Origin: Rhynchobatus australiae
Lineage: Eukaryota
Direction of reading: 5' to 3'
Assembly: GCA_034780895.1 (NCBI GenBank)
Contig: JAUZTB010000063.1
Span: 19,325,015-19,389,014, forward strand
Length of the DNA stretch: 64,000 nucleotides
The notes under the pieces were generated by a model that made no database searches, was not told the origin of the DNA, and saw only the letters and a list, made by a program, of their open reading frames with translations. Both the position numbers and the translations under genes were made by a program. Position 1 is the first letter of the stretch. Each line of letters begins with the position of its first letter. Below, in pieces: positions 26,900 to 39,569 of the stretch.

Positions 26900-27800
26900 T
26901 ACACTACTCTGAAGTTTGAACCATGATTTACGGAGTTGGTCACACTGGGCATGGGAAGTCCAAGTGTAATGCTTGATGCTGCTGCTCTGTCTCCCCTTTT
27001 CATATGTAGCCTAGTGAAGATTTTATTCAAAATGGACCTTGTCAAAGACTGCCAGTGAAACTTAAACCATTTGCACAAGATCCTTTAGATTAGTGCAAAT
27101 AACATCTTCAGATTTTGGAAGAGCTGGACTAAATTTGGATTATCCTGGAAAAATATCAGATTGTTAACAACAGTATAATGGTGAACTTCTGATACTTTCC
27201 CTTTCCTGGATTTTTATCAAATCAGATTAGACATGTTTTAGAACTATTTGAATCGGTCTATCTTTTGAGGTAGAAGAGACTACTGTTATTAGGTCTATAT
27301 TTTCTGGCTGTTGCATTGGAGTTTAGAGATGCTCTTCTTGTTTCCATTAAGTCAATCCTGATGTAGCCATTTCTTTTACTCAAGCATTGAATTAGCCATG
27401 TCAATGATAGCATCTTTGAACTGGTTCCATATTATTGTTGACTTGATAGTGAGTGGTAGCTGTGGAGAAAAAAAATCTTGTTATACCAAGTAGCTACTGA
27501 TAATAAAGTTCAAGTGTTCTGAATATGCTGAAAGCTGTTCTTCTGAGCTTGGGCACTTGTACTGTGAGAGGATAAATAAATGCAAGGTTAAGTGTGGCTC
27601 TTGCTGATCTCTGAATGCCATGTATCAATATTGTAACAGATGAGTGCCCTAGAGCTGAGAGCTATTCTCACCTCAGATGTTTGTGCTTTGACTCTGACCA
27701 TAAGGAAGCAGTAATTCCATGGTCTAGAATGACATTTTGTTACTTCTGGTTTTCCCCGACAGCTGTAAAGATGATCTGCTAGCACAGTAGTCAGGACAGA
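26900..27800 (+). mobile_element. Very decayed retroelement RT, possibly Penelope-like
   Basis: Ordered remnants MGSP (ggcatgggaagtcca), NIFRFW and FPFLD (ttccctttcctgga). Confidence 0.4.
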
Positions 27801-28686
27801 TGTTTGTGACAGACAAAATATCTCTTTCTGGTTTCTTCCTTTTTAAAAGGGCGTGCAGTAGTATCTTAAAATAAGCTGTCACGTCTGCTTGTTAAATCAC
27901 CATTTCCACTACCACCACAAGGCTTGGTTGAGTAATTAGTTGATAGAATGAAATTCCAAAAGAAACCAATGAAATTGGGGGAATACTTCAAGTGAGATGG
28001 TTATTTTACCAACAGAAGTCTAGTTTACTAGTTCTAGTAAAATTGTACTGGCTGGAGACCAACTTGGTGGGTGTCTTTGACCTTCCACGCCTACGCGGCT
28101 GCTACTGAATCACTTCCTCCTGATTCAGGCACATTGATTTCCTCCATACATTCTACCAGTGCAGTCTTCAGAATGTCTGCATTTTACAGAGATTATTAGA
28201 ATCTTGCCTCCTTCGTTCTGCTTAAACAAGTGATTTACTGAGGTGTGGCTGCTATCACATGCAAAACTTATTTTGAAGCCATTGTTGAGAGCTGGATGTG
28301 GTTGGAGATCAAAAACTGAATTTCTCTAGGGGATTATGATGTGCTCCCCTGTCAGAAGTGTATCATGTGCTACAATGATTATTAGCTATAGTTGGTATGT
28401 ACCGCGATTTTTGCAGGTCCTGTATTGTCAGATGGATGTTGAAGGGGGTTTTAAAAAAAAATCAAGGGAGTGGGTAAAAGAGAATACTACTGCCAGATTT
28501 ATTGCACTCTAGTTTCCAGATTAACAGAAAACTAGCTAAGAATGAATACAACTTAGTATGAAATTGCAGAATTTTCATTCTTGTGTTTTATCTGTGTCTC
28601 TGTTTATATATACATTAATTTATAATTAACCTTTTTTTCTTGCAAACCATAACAGGAACATTATTATTTTTCACTTTTTAAACTAG

Positions 28687-28800
28687 GAACTTATTGCATT
28701 AGGAATCTGCAATTTTATTGGATCCTTTTTCCAAACATTTCCTATCAGTACCTCAATGTCCCGAAGCCTTGTGCAAGAGAGTACAGGAGGCAACACTCAG
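28687..28800 (+). CDS. SLC26A5: SLC26A5 coding exon 9 (TM10 anion-site SR motif)
   Basis: aactag|[38 protein letters not shown]|gtatac; 114 nt. Confidence 0.97.
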
Positions 28801-29539
28801 GTATACATTTGTAGATTCTTTTTATCCTAGGCACTAATGAACATTTAAGTCATAATTTTGCACTGAATTGCTTAATTAACAGCCCTTGCAGGGAATGATT
28901 AAACATAGTGGTAGAATTCACTATTTAAGTTTCACTGGTGACAATGTTTGTCCTTCTGTGGATGTAACCAGCTTTATACTACAGTAGCTTATGATGAGAG
29001 GTAACTATGGACTGACGCAATCCCTACACCTGTACTATTTTCAAAAATGTGTTTAGTGCTTTTGTTCCCCAACTTTCTTCTATATGCTGGGAGGCTTTTT
29101 CCACTTTAGTCCTATCCTTTTTGAATGTTTAATATGTCATTCGGAAATTGGTTGCTCATATCCAACCCTTTAGTCTCATTTTGTTTTAAACTGATGCTTA
29201 GAAATTCTACCACACGATGTAAACATTATGCACTGTACATCAGAACATATTTATTCAAATATTTTCATGCACTAATAAGGAATTTCCAGTTTTTTGATCG
29301 TGCTCTGTCTGGACTGTAGCCTTGGGGTCCAAGTCGGTTATTCTTTTAAGATTTCAGTGGTTTTTTTTTTGTCACTGATACTTTCCTGTCACCACTCCAT
29401 CCCCTGCCAAAATTAACAATCAATTTTGTAAAACTTCAGACTCCCTGTTAATCTATTTTTTTCATTTTAATATTATTCCCCTTTTAATCACTTTTATTTG
29501 TTTCTCTTGAACTGCTGTGGTGCAGTATTTGGTCTGTAA

Positions 29540-29720
29540 GATGATGGCTGGATTAGTATCCCAGAGGCCTGACTAATTAACTGGGACCCAAGTTCAAGTC
29601 CCACTGTGGCAACTGTGAAATTTCCATGTGATTAATAATCTGGAACTTGGGAAAAATCAATTGGGTTTAGTAATAATGACAAAAAAAATTGGATTGTCAT
29701 TAAAAACCCATCTTGTAGTA
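29540..29720 (+). mobile_element. tRNA-derived SINE fragment
   Basis: ggattagtatcccagaggcc...aagttcaagtcccac (B-box-like); a related inverted copy lies at about 56893-56975. Confidence 0.55.
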
Positions 29721-30382
29721 TCTGTTTCCTCAAAATTAATCTGGCCCATTTAAATTCTTTCTGGACACTCCATGAGAGAATCAATGCATTGTAAGAATCT
29801 GCCTTTATATTGGTGAGGTGTATTTATTCCCAGTCTGTTAGATAATTAAATTTATAGATCTCTGTACTGGCAAAAGAAAATCTTGTTATTTCCCAAGATT
29901 TATTGCTCTCCATTTGACAGCTTGTCTTTATTTCAAACCTGTGACTCTGCCTGAGTATCAGCTTTGATTTTCAATTTCTATACTAAAAAAATTTTAAATA
30001 GTTCTCAGACTAGCACCAGCTGATGCCAAATTTTCATTTGGGCAAAAACATTAATTTAATTATTGGTTCTCATACTTAAATGTAATTTTTAATTCTCATA
30101 AATCTGCATCAGCTGTGCAACTCTGAGCTCCTTGTACTATTTAGTCTTTTTGCCTTCTGTTTTCTGAATTCTTTATTATGCTTGTTAAGGGCTGCTACTT
30201 GAGACTGGTTCTTGTATGTGTGTTTTTTAACAGCAATGTGCAATTGTAGTTGTAGACCTTTTAGAAGCTAATTATCTTAAAACACTAGATACCCTCATTG
30301 GTAATATGAGAGAAAGTGAAGGAGGAAAAGTAAATGCCCTTTTAAGATTCCTTTTGGCAAATTTGTTTGACTTTTTTTATAG

Positions 30383-30460
30383 ATTGCTGGAGGACTATCT
30401 GCCTGCATTGTGCTCCTCGTTATAGTTGCTTTTGGTTATCTCTTTGAACCTTTACCTCAG
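30383..30460 (+). CDS. SLC26A5: SLC26A5 coding exon 10
   Basis: ttatag|IAGGLSACIVLLVIVAFGYLFEPLPQ|gtatgt; 78 nt. Confidence 0.95.
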
Positions 30461-32704
30461 GTATGTTTAACATTAGTGTTCTATTCCTTGTTCTATTTGT
30501 AACTTTTGCTTAAAATCATTTTATTATTTTCTCAACCCAAATCTTTGTCTACTGTATGTTTTGGTTCCAGAGGTACCAGTTACTTTCCAGTCTATTACAA
30601 TGTCTTCACAGTAACCATTATATATGTATTAGCCATAACATGTTCTTCATATTTTGTCACTTCATGTGTAAACCTTTTGCATTGAATATGGGCAGACTTT
30701 TGATTAAAGCACCATCACAGCTGAGTCTGACAATATTCTTTCCCAATATATGCTAATGTAGGAGAATATGAGGTCCCTTCATCTAATGGGAACCACAAGG
30801 GGAATGAGAAACTTTCCCACTCTCATTATGGTCAAATATAGTTTTAAAATGCAAGAAGGTCACTGAGCCAGAGCTGGCGAGGTCCTTTTGCATACAAGCT
30901 GGTCAGGCTTCAACAATATCATGGCCAACTACAAAATTAATCTTGTATCAAGGAGAAAACAAAGGTAAATTTCATTAAGTTTTTGAGGGACAAGATGGTC
31001 TTAATGGCCCCACAAGAGAATTACCTCAAAAAATTAGATTTGTTAGTACTCATTTTCAAATTGTGCATAAGTAATTTAACCTGGATAGATAATGCTAGTA
31101 ATTATTTCTGGTGTAACCTTTCCCTCTGGGGAAATCAGTCTAGGCATTTGGGTATGTAATTTGCATTAGTGCATCTTGTGCTTTCCTGGCTTCAGTCATG
31201 CACCTAATGAGATCATAAGCCATGTACTACACACTTCCTCCCTTGTCAATGTAAATTGGATATTTGGATACAGCCTGAAATCTTTGAACACCTGTATGTT
31301 ATGCTGATTTGAGATCAACAGTGAGACATCAATTAAAGGGTCTGATGCCAGTTTCATGTTTTTTTTGCCCACAATGTTCTGATTTGTATATTAGCCCTAA
31401 TATTTAACATCAGATACACCACCTTGAGCTACCTAGCACCATTTTTGATAATGCATTCTCTCAGATCCCTAACAGCAGCCCCCTGCTTAAAATCTTGTTC
31501 ACGTGCACCATTTAGATAGTGTTCAGAAGAAAGGCTAGCAAGCTCTGATTGATAGGTTCTTGATTCTTAAAGGAGTTAAAGGTTATAGGGAGAAGGCAGG
31601 AGAATGGGGTTGAAAAGATCTGCCATGATTGAATGGTGGAGCAGACTTGATGGGCCGAATGGCCTAATTCTGCTCCCATATCTTATGGTCTAATTCAGTG
31701 CCTGCATCTTTGCTTTCCTGATTTATGGACCAGTTGACTACATCTATATCTCATTCACTAATTTGGTTCCATAGGATAAGTAAATAGTGAACCAGGGCAA
31801 AAAAAACATTTTTTGCCAAGACCTACAGCTAGCAAAATTCAACAAAAAAAAAATAAAGGAAAACAGAAATGCTTCTGAATATTTCCACCTGTTTTTATTT
31901 CATTTTCAGCACCTGCGAATGTTTGCTGTTGCAGCAAAATTTAGTCATCCATAATCTAAATAAAACTAAATGTTATTGCAAATACAGATTTTTCTGATCA
32001 ATGAATGCTTGAATAAGTAAACTGAATTGCAAGTAATTGTACTCAATGTGCAAATCTGTGGAGTTGTATTTTGGGAAAGCAAGAGAAGGAGGAATAATAA
32101 GAATGGTGACTAAGTGCTTGACATGAGTGTTATCAAAAAAAAATTAGTTACTAGGCTCCATGAGCTAATGGGCCAAGTGTGCAAAAGGTAGGCCAAATAG
32201 ATTTTTATCAGCATTTCAGAGGAGGAGCATGTGACAAAGATGTGGAGAGGTTCAGTTTAGCACCTGCATGGTTGCCAACTGGAATGATTTACTATTGTGT
32301 ATGTGGAAGAAGTTAAGAGTTGGAGCAGGGCAGAATTCTGGTGGGTTGTAGAACTGGAGAATGTTGCACATAGGGGAGGTGAGGCTTTGGAGGGATTTTA
32401 AAATCGCAATGAGAATAAGTAGATATATCGCTGTGTCATTAGCAGATCTACATCAAGAACAAAAATGATGGGTAAACAAAACTTGGTGTGGGTTGGGATG
32501 TAGATGGTTGTGTTTTTGATGTGGTGAAATTCTCTGAACTTAGTGTTACCTTGCATTGTGTTAAATTATGACTAAGTATGTTAACTTTATTATATAAAAT
32601 GTTACTTAAAAATTTGACGCAATTAGTGATTTTGTTTTCTAATGTAAAACCAACTTGCAGCACTCAACTTTTGAAAATTNNNNNNNNNNNNNNNNNNNNN
32701 NNAG

Positions 32705-32800
32705 ACTGTGTTGGCTGCCATTGTGATGGTGAACCTGAAAGGAATATTTAAACAGGTTACGGATATACCTTTACTCTGGCGAACCAGCAAACATGAACTC
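32705..32800 (+). CDS. SLC26A5: SLC26A5 coding exon 11
   Basis: nnag|[32 protein letters not shown]|gtaagt; 96 nt; the pyrimidine tract is hidden in a small gap. Confidence 0.95.
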
Positions 32801-33419
32801 GTAAGTACTCCCAATATGTGCAGTCTACAGGTATGTTGTGATGATCACGATGAAATATTGGGAATTTTGTTTTCATTTAGTAGAAAATACACGTGATTGG
32901 TCAAATCCGATAGTAAATCTGACCCCATCAAATCTGATAGTAAATGATAACCAAATAAATTAAAAGCTTGATTTAATTAGAAGTGATGTGCACAAATACG
33001 TGACATATTTCACCTGAAGCTATATTTTCTCTGGTAACATTTGGCCTGAAAATACAAATAAATGCATTTAAACTCCCTGAGAAACAAATAAATGCAAAGG
33101 CAGTGCTCTGACATCAGAAATTCTACAGCTTATTTTAAAAACATTTTGTAACCTGTATTCACTGTTTTGTAACCTGTATGCCCTAACCAGCTTATTTTAG
33201 TGCTCAGTAAGTCATGAGAGAGACATCTAGTAACCAATGATGAAAGATTGTTGTACATAATTTGTATATTGTCTGAAAATCTTAGTTTTAGCAACTATAT
33301 CTCTTTCACAATGCTTTGTAGTTGTCTTCACATATAAATTGCTGGTAAATTCAGTATGTGCTGGTGTTAACTCTGTAACTGTGATTATGCACTGTAAACT
33401 GAGTAACCAACAACATTGC

Positions 33420-34165
33420 AAAATAAGTGCAATGTGGAGTAAAATGTGAGATTATCCATTGGTTATGATCAGTTTTCTTTAAATTGGTGAGACTGGGAAA
33501 TAGCAATGATCAAAAGGCCTCATCTTTGTACACAAATCACTGAAACTTAATGTGCAGATACAACAGGTATTTCGGAAAGAAAATGTTATGTTGGCTTTAA
33601 TTTTAAGAGGATTTGGGTACAAGAGCAAGGATGTCTTAGTACAGCTATGAGGCCTTCAAAAGACCAGAACTAGAGTACTATGTACAATTTGAACTGAAGG
33701 GTATATTTGCCAAAGGGGAATGCAGTGTAGATTAACCAGACTGAACTTTTAGATTGGCAGGTCTGTCAGAGAAGAGAGATTTGATAGGCTAGACTGCTAT
33801 TCTGCAGAGTTCAAAAGAGTCAGATGAAGTCTACAAAATTCTGAGGGCAGGGTAGAAGGGGAGGATATTTCCCTGGCTGTGGAGTCTAGGACTAGGAGTT
33901 GAAGCTTCAAAAAAAAAAGGATAGGCCATTTAAGAGGAGAAATGTCTCCTCTTGGGATAGGGAATATGTGGAATTCTCTAACCTGGTGATGTGGAACTTG
34001 GTCATTGCTTGACTACTTTAATATCCTGTTTGAATGCAGTCGGTGTTGGAAATGGGGTGAGAAAATGGTGTTGAGGTAAAAGATGATGAGCTGTGATCTT
34101 GCTGAATGGCAGAATCAGCTTGAGGACCAAATGGCCTATTCTTATACCTTTTTAGGCTGTTATGT
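33420..34165 (+). mobile_element. Old CR1 3' fragment
   Basis: aaatgtgagattatcca (KCEIIH), tacaagagcaaggatgtc, tail gaccaaatggcctattct. Confidence 0.75.
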
Positions 34166-34966
34166 GAATGGGATTCAGTTTTAAAAAGATCACATTGCTA
34201 TTCTGGTTCAAAAATAGGTTCTATTTATCTGCCAAATTTGTCAGCTTCACTCTCTGGTTCTTTCCTATTATTTGAAATGTGCACCCTAACCATACACTTC
34301 TACAACACAGCTCACAGTAAGATTGTCAAAGAAGATCTGACTGAAGAAGTAGCTACAAATACTGCAGCTCCAGTAGGCAAAACAAACGAGTTCAATTTAA
34401 CTAGTTGCTGTTGCAACAGAATGTTATGTTTTGAATGGAAACTTGCATAAATTTTTTGGCATGGCATTTTGGCATTCACCCCATGATATTTAACATAATG
34501 CAAAGGTAGAACCTTTGTTCAAATAGTACAGCATGATTGATATTGTGAAAACAGTAAGTATATTGTGTATAATTTTACAAAAATATGAAATGACTCAAAT
34601 ATTCTAATATAATAATGTAGATTCTTAATTTCAACATTTGTTAAATGTATTTCATTTTTTGTCAGAAGTCAATGCTGCTTGATATTCCCAGTGCAGTAGA
34701 GCAGGCAGATGCTCTTTGCAGTCATGGCTGAGTGTTGACTGCAAGCAGGGGTATGGAAGCAGTTTGGGTTTCACTACCTTTCTGCATTAAAATACTCTGC
34801 CCCGGTATACAACTCCTCCCTGACTGTATGTCTAGCCCTAGTGTAGCATGGAGATCTGTATCCCTGTTTCCTCTTCTTCCTGATGTAAAATATCTTCCTG
34901 ACATTCATTTTCAGTGTAAAGTATGGCATAATTTTTATACTGACTTTGTAATCTTTTCTCATCTAG

Positions 34967-35026
34967 ACATTGTGGTCCGTATCATTTATGGCCTCTTTTC
35001 TTTTGGGATTGGACTATGGACTCATG
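34967..35026 (+). CDS. SLC26A5: SLC26A5 coding exon 12, visible part (3' end in N gap, expected near 35073)
   Basis: atctag|TLWSVSFMASFLLGLDYGLM then Ns; LGLDYGL motif. Confidence 0.93.
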
Positions 35027-35289
35027 NNNNNNNNNNNNNNNNNNNNNNNNNNNNNNNNNNNNNNNNNNNNNNNNNNNNNNNNNNNNNNNNNNNNNNNNNN
35101 NNNNNNNNNNNNNNNNNNNNNNNNNNNNNNNNNNNNNNNNNNNNNNNNNNNNNNNNNNNNNNNNNNNNNNNNNNNNNNNNNNNNNNNNNNNNNNNNNNNN
35201 NNNNNNNNNNNNNNNNNNNNNNNNNNNNNNNNNNNNNNNNNNNNNNNNNNNNNNNNNNNACCATTAATGCTTTTGCAGTAGAAGTATTC

Positions 35290-35490
35290 TCAAACAACAA
35301 AAACTGCTAGAGGAACTCAGTGGGTCAAGCAGCCTCTGGGGAGAAATGAATTGTCCTGATGCAGGGTCTCAACCCAAAAATGTCAATAATTTTCTCCTCT
35401 CAGCTGCTGTTTGACCTGCTGAGTTCCTCCAGCAGTTTGGTTTGTGTTTTTTGCTCCAGATTCCAGCATCTGCATTTTCTTGCATCTCAA
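35290..35490. mobile_element. Short Penelope-derived inverted-repeat element
   Basis: Arms 35301-35333 and 35406-35438 are reverse complements (29/33) and match the end of the 20691-21580 element. Confidence 0.75.
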
Positions 35491-35779
35491 ATATATTTCC
35501 CATTGTTGGCTAGAATAAAAATCCAGGCAGTAATTTCAAGATAAAATACTGGTTAAGAAAAGGGCATGTGGTCTAATGTATCCTATCTCGGGTGTAATTC
35601 CTTGTGTATCAGTTTAAAAGACTTCCCTATCCCCTGGATGTTATCTGGATAAAAACCTGTAGACCAATTCAGAGATGAAGTGGGCAACATTCCCCTTGTT
35701 AGCATAAGTGAAATTACTAGTATGTGAAACCACATGGATCAGAATTTTTGTATGTTGGCAACTACCTCCATTTTAATGT

Positions 35780-36700
35780 GATCACTGGCCAGTGTGGAAC
35801 TGGCCCAGCTACCTGAAGGTACAAGCCAGTGACATGTTGTCCACTTGCATAGTAAAAGATCAGCTAACATCTAGTCTTTCTCTAGTACATAGTCTCTATA
35901 GAGTCAAATATTACACAAAGGAAAGTGGTTGTGGATGGAAGCTNNNNNNNNNNACCTCATTGCAAGATGTTCTCAGGACAGTTCCTAGACCCAACCATCT
36001 TAAGCTCCTTCAATGACTTTCCTTCCATCATTTCATCAAAGTGGGAATGTTAGCTGATGACGATACCATGTTCAGTTTCATTTTCACTTCCTCAAATCAA
36101 GCAACCTTCATCCAGCAAGATCGTGACAACACTTAGACCAGCTGATATGTGACATCAACATTACCATTTGAGTTCAGGGCAATGACCAACTTGAGAGATT
36201 TGAACCACCCACCCTTCATGTTGAATGGCATTACCATCATTGAAATCCCCAGGATCAATATTTTGCACCAGCCACTTAAATACTGTGGCTACCAGGGTAG
36301 TTAAAATCCTGCAGCAAAAGACTGACCACCTGACACCCAAAACACACTATCAAAAAACACAAGTCAGAAATGATGTGGAATACTCTCCATATGCCTAGGA
36401 AGTTGTGGGCATGCTATGTCACCACTGGAAGAGTGGTGACACTTGTGGGCTGCCCCCAGCACATTCTTAGTAATGCAAAAAGACTTATTTCACTGTGTTT
36501 TGATGTACGTGTGACTAATAAAATAAATAATAGGTATCTTAATACAGGACAAAGCAGCCTGGTTGATTAGTACCCTGTCTAATTAGTACCCACCCCTGTC
36601 CATCACCTTAAACATTCACTTGTCCACTTTTGACATAGTCTGGTAGCTCTCTACACTCACTACACGATACATTGCAGTGATATATCCTGTTTACCCAGCA
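35780..36700 (+). mobile_element. Decayed CR1/L2-group RT, interrupted by a short insertion at about 36400-36545
   Basis: QGSVLGP-like caggacagttcctagaccc and GMLADD. The insertion tail tttcactgtgttttgatgtacgtgtgactaataaa recurs at about 62015-62090. Confidence 0.65.
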
Positions 36701-37241
36701 TGGCCCAAACCTGCATATCTCTCTCAGCAAAAATGGCAAAGACATGGGCATACCACCTGCCTTTATGACACCCTGTGTTTTGTTAATGCACCCATGTATT
36801 ATGGGGTGTTTAATTACATTAAAGTTGTTCTTGAAGTACAAGTTGCAGCAGATTTCTTTTTTGGGATTTGGCTTATTAACAGGGTTTTAGGAATTAAAAA
36901 CTGGAAACTCTTAGCAGGTCAGGCACCATATGCAGAAAGAGGAGAGTTGATGTTTCAGATTGAAGACCCTTTGTCAGAGCTGATGTTGGCAGTTCTGATG
37001 GAGGGTGTTTGACCTAAAACATTAACTCTTTCATTTTCATTTTCAACAGGTCAGGCAGCATGTGTGGAATGTTTCCAAGATTTTCTATTTTCGTTTCCGA
37101 TTTTCCAACCCTTGCAGCTTTGATTATTCATTTAGGAATTTTTTTTGCACCATGTACTTTTTAAATAGTAACTCTAACCAAATAAAAAGGTTTGATTATT
37201 TTTTCAATTGATGTAACAGTAAATCCAAATTCCTTTTGCAG

Positions 37242-37311
37242 TCCTAAATACAGAATTCTTGGCCAGATACCTAATACAGATATTTACTGGGATGTAGAAG
37301 CTTATGAGGAG
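37242..37311 (+). CDS. SLC26A5: SLC26A5 coding exon 13 (start of STAS domain)
   Basis: ttgcag|[24 protein letters not shown]|gtgaga; 70 nt. Confidence 0.96.
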
Positions 37312-37425
37312 GTGAGAACTAAATGTCTTGATTGTTTCCCTTTGGATGAATTGTAAAGTGAATTCAAGTACTGATGTGCTTAACACTTCCATAATCTTTA
37401 TTGGAGTGTAAAATATTTATTCTAG

Positions 37426-37518
37426 GTGCAGGAAATCCCTGGGATAAAAATATTTCAATCAAATTCCTCCCTGTACTTCGGAAATGTTGACTTGTATATG
37501 AGTGCCTTACAGGAAAAG
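37426..37518 (+). CDS. SLC26A5: SLC26A5 coding exon 14
   Basis: ttctag|[31 protein letters not shown]|gtaagt; 93 nt, after a 114-nt intron. Confidence 0.96.
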
Positions 37519-37639
37519 GTAAGTAATGAAACATCTTGACAATGGGGATATTTTTTTCTGACAATTATAAAACATAAGAATAAAGAACTTAAATTAAAAT
37601 GCCAAAAAGATGACATGAAATAATCTTGGCAAGCAGTAT

Positions 37640-39260
37640 TTGGGAGAATCCCAAACCTTATACCCTATATTAGAAGCAAGAGTGTCTACGGAAAGCGTAG
37701 ATTCCTCGGTGATTAAAAAAGGAAATGTATGTGTAGATCCTGGGGATTATGAAGGTTTGAGAAGGGTGTGGAGGATAGAGTTAGGGGAGGGTATACTGAT
37801 ATTCCAGAACATGTCTGGGTCAGGATGGAGGAAATGTTGGATGTTAGCACACAAAGGTGGATAAAAACCCAAGACCTAATGAGATCTATCTCAGGATGCT
37901 ATTGGAAGTAAGGGAGGAGATTGCTGAGGCACTAACGGAAATTTTTGCATCTTCATTTGCCACAGGTGAAGTATCAGAAGACCTGGAGCGTAGCTAATGT
38001 TCTCGTATTCAAAAAGGACAGTAGGGATAAGCCTTGAAAGAAAAGGCCATTGATCCTTGCATCAACAATAGGGACATTATTGGAAAAAATTTGCAGACAG
38101 GATTTGTACTCGGTTGGAAGGACGGGCACTGATTAGGATGAGTCAACATAGTTTTGTGTAGGAGAAATCCCAATTCACAAAGCTGAGTTTTGAGGGAACT
38201 AAGAAAATTGATAAAAGGTAGTAGCTGTGGTTTACCTGGACTTCAAGGTTTTTAATGCAGTCCTGCACCACAGGCTGGTCCAGAAGGTGAAAGCACCAGA
38301 GATCTAAGGTGTTTTGCCAAATTGTTTGGTGACGGGAGGCAGGGAGAAGTAGTAAACCATGGGGATCTGTGCTGGGACCATTGTTTGTCGTGTATAAAAA
38401 TGACTTTTAATGAGGAATGTAAGTGGACTGATTAGTAAGTTTGCTGACAATGCAAGAATTGGTCAAGTATTAGATAAATGAAGAGTAGGTTATGAAAGGA
38501 TACTGAAGGACATAAATCAATTGGAAGTTGAACAGATTAGTGGCAGATCGAATTTCATCTAGTTAATTGTGAGGTATTGCATTTTGAGACATCCAATACT
38601 AACAGAACAGGGCAGAGACCTCAAGTGTTGATGTACAGAGGGATCTTGGGGTGCAAGTTCATAGCTTCCTGAAAATTGCAACACCATTGGATAGGGTAGT
38701 GAAGAAGGCATTTGGCATCCTTGTCTTCTTTGGCTGAGGCATTGACTGTTGCAGCTGTACAATATATTGGTCAGGCTGCACTTGGAGTAGTGTACACAGT
38801 TCTGGCCCCATGCTACAAGAAGGATGTGGTGGCTTTAGAGAGTGTAGAAGAGATTGGATAGGCTGGGTTTATTTTCACTGGAATGTGGGAGCCTGAGTGG
38901 TAGCACAAGATGTTTATAAAACTGAGGTCGTAGATAGTCTTTTTTTACCCAGGATAGTAGAGTCCAGAACCAGAGGGTATAGATTTAAGGTGAGAGGAAA
39001 TAAATTTTAAAGGACGTCTGAGGGGCGAGCTTTTCCTCACAAGCTGGTGGTTTTATGGAATGAGCTGCCAGAGGTAGTGGTAGAGGCAGATACAATTACA
39101 ACACTTAAAAGGCATTTGGACAGGTACTTGAATACGAAAGCAGTAGAGGAGGACATAGGCCAAATTCAGGTTAATGGGGTTAATGTGGATAGGAATCATA
39201 GTTAACATGGTCAATGGCTGAAAGACCCACTTCTGCGCGGTACAGTTCTTACTCTGCATT
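37640..39260 (+). mobile_element. Decayed CR1 RT in the prestin intron between coding exons 14 and 15
   Basis: gtttacctggacttc (VYLDF), ggatctgtgctgggacc (GSVLGP), agtaagtttgctgac (SKFAD), 3' tail near 39250. Confidence 0.88.
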
Positions 39261-39316
39261 TTTAAGTGGCTAATATCTCTTTAAATTCTTAAACTACTAC
39301 TTCTGTGGACCTTCAG

Positions 39317-39424
39317 ATTGAAATAGATCCAACTGCAATATTATTGGCAAAGAAAAATCTTGAAAAGAAAATGAAACAAAAAGCAAAGTTGGCAGAGGGA
39401 AAGAAGAACACCTTCCTAAAGTTG
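39317..39424 (+). CDS. SLC26A5: SLC26A5 coding exon 15 (basic start of STAS intervening sequence)
   Basis: cttcag|IEIDPTAILLAKKNLEKKMKQKAKLAEGKKNTFLKL|gtaaat; 108 nt, phase 0/0. Confidence 0.88.
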
Positions 39425-39569
39425 GTAAATATAATTATCTAAGTACGGCAAGTCTTTTGTTTTAAATATGTAGCTTTGGGGGGAAAAAAAATGAACGAAC
39501 TGGCAGAGCTTTAACTGTGTATTTGTATTCTGTTGTCTGCTCCAAATACTGTCTCCTTATGAATTTTGA

